This document shows, one piece after another, positions 62,181 to 64,000 of a stretch of 64,000 nucleotides of DNA. A program made the position numbers and the translations under genes. The notes beneath the pieces are model-generated. The model was given only the letters and a program-made list of their open reading frames with translations. It was not told where the DNA came from and searched no databases. The DNA lies in IMG/VR virus record IMGVR_UViG_2724679058_000003; one strand, given 5' to 3'. Source of the stretch: a virus (lineage: Duplodnaviria > Heunggongvirae > Uroviricota > Caudoviricetes). Position 1 is the first letter of the stretch. Each line of letters starts with the position of its first letter.

Positions 62181-63664
62181 TGGCCAGAAGTTGCGTAACG
62201 GATCCACGTTGGCGCGAGCTGGTGGCGCTATATCGTTATGACTGGATTGCGGCCGCTGATGTTTTGTTCGGCAAAACACCTACCTGGCAGCAGGATCTGA
62301 TTATTGAGTCTGTGCAGGAACAGGGTAGCAAGACATCTGTTTCGTCTGGTCACGGTACCGGGAAATCAGACATGACTTCTATCATGATCATGTTGTTCAT
62401 AATCATGTATCCCGGTGCCCGTGCCATTATCGTTGCGAACAAAATTCAGCAGGTAATGACCGGTATATTCAAGTACATCAAGATAAACTGGGCTACGGCC
62501 ACCAGCCGTTTTCCATGGCTTGCTGATTATTTTGTTCTGACAGAAACCGCTTTTTATGAAGTTACTGGTAAAGGTGTATGGACTGTAGTACCGAAGGGCT
62601 TTCGTCTGGGAAGTGAAGAAGCTCTCGCAGGTGAACACGCAGATCATCTTCTGTATATTATCGATGAAGCCTCCGGTGTCAGTGATAGAGCTTTCGGTAT
62701 CATCACCGGTGCTCTTACCGGACAGGATAACCGCATCTTATTGCTGTCACAGCCTACACGCCCAAGCGGCTATTTCTACGATACTCACCATAAACTGGCC
62801 AAGCGTCCTGGTAACCCTGATGGCGTTTATACGGCGATCACGCTTAACAGTGAGGAATCACCGCTGGTAACGCCAGCATTTATCAAAATGAAGCTGGCGG
62901 AGTACGGCGGGCGTGATAACCCTATGTACATGATTAAGGTACGCGGCCTATTCCCTAAATCACAGGATGGCTTCCTTCTTGGACGTGATGAGGTTGAACG
63001 TGCAACGCGGCGGAAAGTCAAGATTGCCAAAGGATGGGGCTGGCTTGCATGTGTGGACGTTGCTGGTGGTACGGGACGGGATAAGTCCGTTATCAATATC
63101 ATGATGGTGTCCGGCCAGCGAAATAAACGCCGTGTAATCAACTATCGAATGCTGGAATACACAGACGTTACAGAAACGCAGCTTGCCGCCAAAATTTTCG
63201 CAGAATGTAATCCTGAGCGATTCCCAAATATCACCATAGCGATAGACGGCGATGGCCTGGGTAAAGCAACGGCGGATCTGATGTACGAGTATTATGGTAT
63301 TACCGTACAGCGTATACGCTGGGGTAAAAAGATGCATAGCCGTGAAGATAAGAGCCTGTACTTTGATAAACGTGCTTATGCCAACGTTCAAGCCGCAGAG
63401 GCCGTAAAATCTGGTCGTATGAGACTGGATAAGGGTAATGAAACTATTGAGGAAGCGTCGAAAATCCCTGTAGGGATTAACTCCGCAGGTCAATGGAAGG
63501 TGATGAGTAAGGAGGATATGAAGAAAAAACTCAACCTGCACTCACCAGACCATTGGGATACATATTGTTTCGCTATGCTGGCTGATTATGTTCCCCAGGA
63601 TGAAGTGCTTAGCGTCGAAGACGAAGCGCAGGTTGATGAAGCTCTGGCATGGCTTAATGAATAA
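62180..63664 (+). CDS. pacB: Terminase large subunit PacB
   Basis: 494 aa; ATPase and nuclease-like regions; start overlaps the pacA stop. Confidence 0.85.
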   Translation: MARSCVTDPRWRELVALYRYDWIAAADVLFGKTPTWQQDLIIESVQEQGSKTSVSSGHGTGKSDMTSIMIMLFIIMYPGARAIIVANKIQQVMTGIFKYIKINWATATSRFPWLADYFVLTETAFYEVTGKGVWTVVPKGFRLGSEEALAGEHADHLLYIIDEASGVSDRAFGIITGALTGQDNRILLLSQPTRPSGYFYDTHHKLAKRPGNPDGVYTAITLNSEESPLVTPAFIKMKLAEYGGRDNPMYMIKVRGLFPKSQDGFLLGRDEVERATRRKVKIAKGWGWLACVDVAGGTGRDKSVINIMMVSGQRNKRRVINYRMLEYTDVTETQLAAKIFAECNPERFPNITIAIDGDGLGKATADLMYEYYGITVQRIRWGKKMHSREDKSLYFDKRAYANVQAAEAVKSGRMRLDKGNETIEEASKIPVGINSAGQWKVMSKEDMKKKLNLHSPDHWDTYCFAMLADYVPQDEVLSVEDEAQVDEALAWLNE

Positions 63665-63688
63665 CTCATTGACCATGCCGGATAGAAA

Positions 63689-64000
63689 CTATTGCGCGCT
63701 TTCGGGGTTGTCGTTTACTGGCTGCCCCTTCTTAGTTTTACGGCTGCGCGTAACTGATGCGGCTGATTTGACCTTTTTCTCTTCGCGAGTGATGGCAATT
63801 TGTTTTTTTACATTTTCAATATCTGCCAGGCGATATATTTTTGCCTGCGGCCAGCGGTCGCAGATGATCGGTTCTATAGAGTCATAAAGGCTAAATTTTG
63901 CTTTCTCGAATTCACCGTTGATGATGATTCCATCACGGAGAGTTTCATCGCAGATAAACACACCACACAGCGGCACATGGTAACTAACTGATTTACCATC
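63689..64000 (-). CDS. c1: C1-repressor-like gene, C-terminal part; runs off the window end
   Basis: Minus-strand frame open to 64000, convergent with pacB; assignment by synteny only. Confidence 0.4.
   Translation of the reverse strand, partial: DGKSVSYHVPLCGVFICDETLRDGIIINGEFEKAKFSLYDSIEPIICDRWPQAKIYRLADIENVKKQIAITREEKKVKSAASVTRSRKTKKGQPVNDNPESAQ

Overview
This window reads as a contiguous segment of a P1-like temperate phage-plasmid, running from the tail-fibre/baseplate operon at the left edge to pacA-pacB and the start of a convergent C1-repressor-like gene at the right edge. Recognised by eye (no searches were run): tail and virion genes including a Sit-like transglycosylase, an immI-like icd/ant block, kilA-repL, sheath and capsid-like genes, parS-parB-parA, an iteron replicon (repA flanked by iteron arrays, DnaA box and GATC cluster), a spanin-like pair, an RdgC homologue, the Dcm-Dam fusion methyltransferase dmt, three tRNAs, the ban helicase, a second baseplate block, a long accessory region of small genes, humD, phd-doc, lpa and pacAB with the pac site. 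At least nine copies of the C1 operator consensus ATTGCTCTAATAAATTT sit in front of early operons. Most interesting: (1) several conserved genes (dmt, sit, repL, a baseplate-spike gene, probably repA) are each split by a single +/-1 frameshift inside a homopolymer run, the dmt one falling on a dnaX-type A_AAA_AAG slippery heptamer; (2) an ~800-bp array of four tRNA-like structured modules after tRNA-Thr; (3) a candidate ~180-nt operator-controlled small RNA after dmt; (4) a T5orf172/GIY-YIG-like gene between the iterons and parA; (5) a ~45-aa segment shared between the Sit-like virion protein and a secreted SimC-like protein; (6) glycosyltransferase, phosphatase and nuclease accessory genes. 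No integrase, att site or CRISPR array was seen. Gene names rest on recalled protein families and synteny and need database confirmation.
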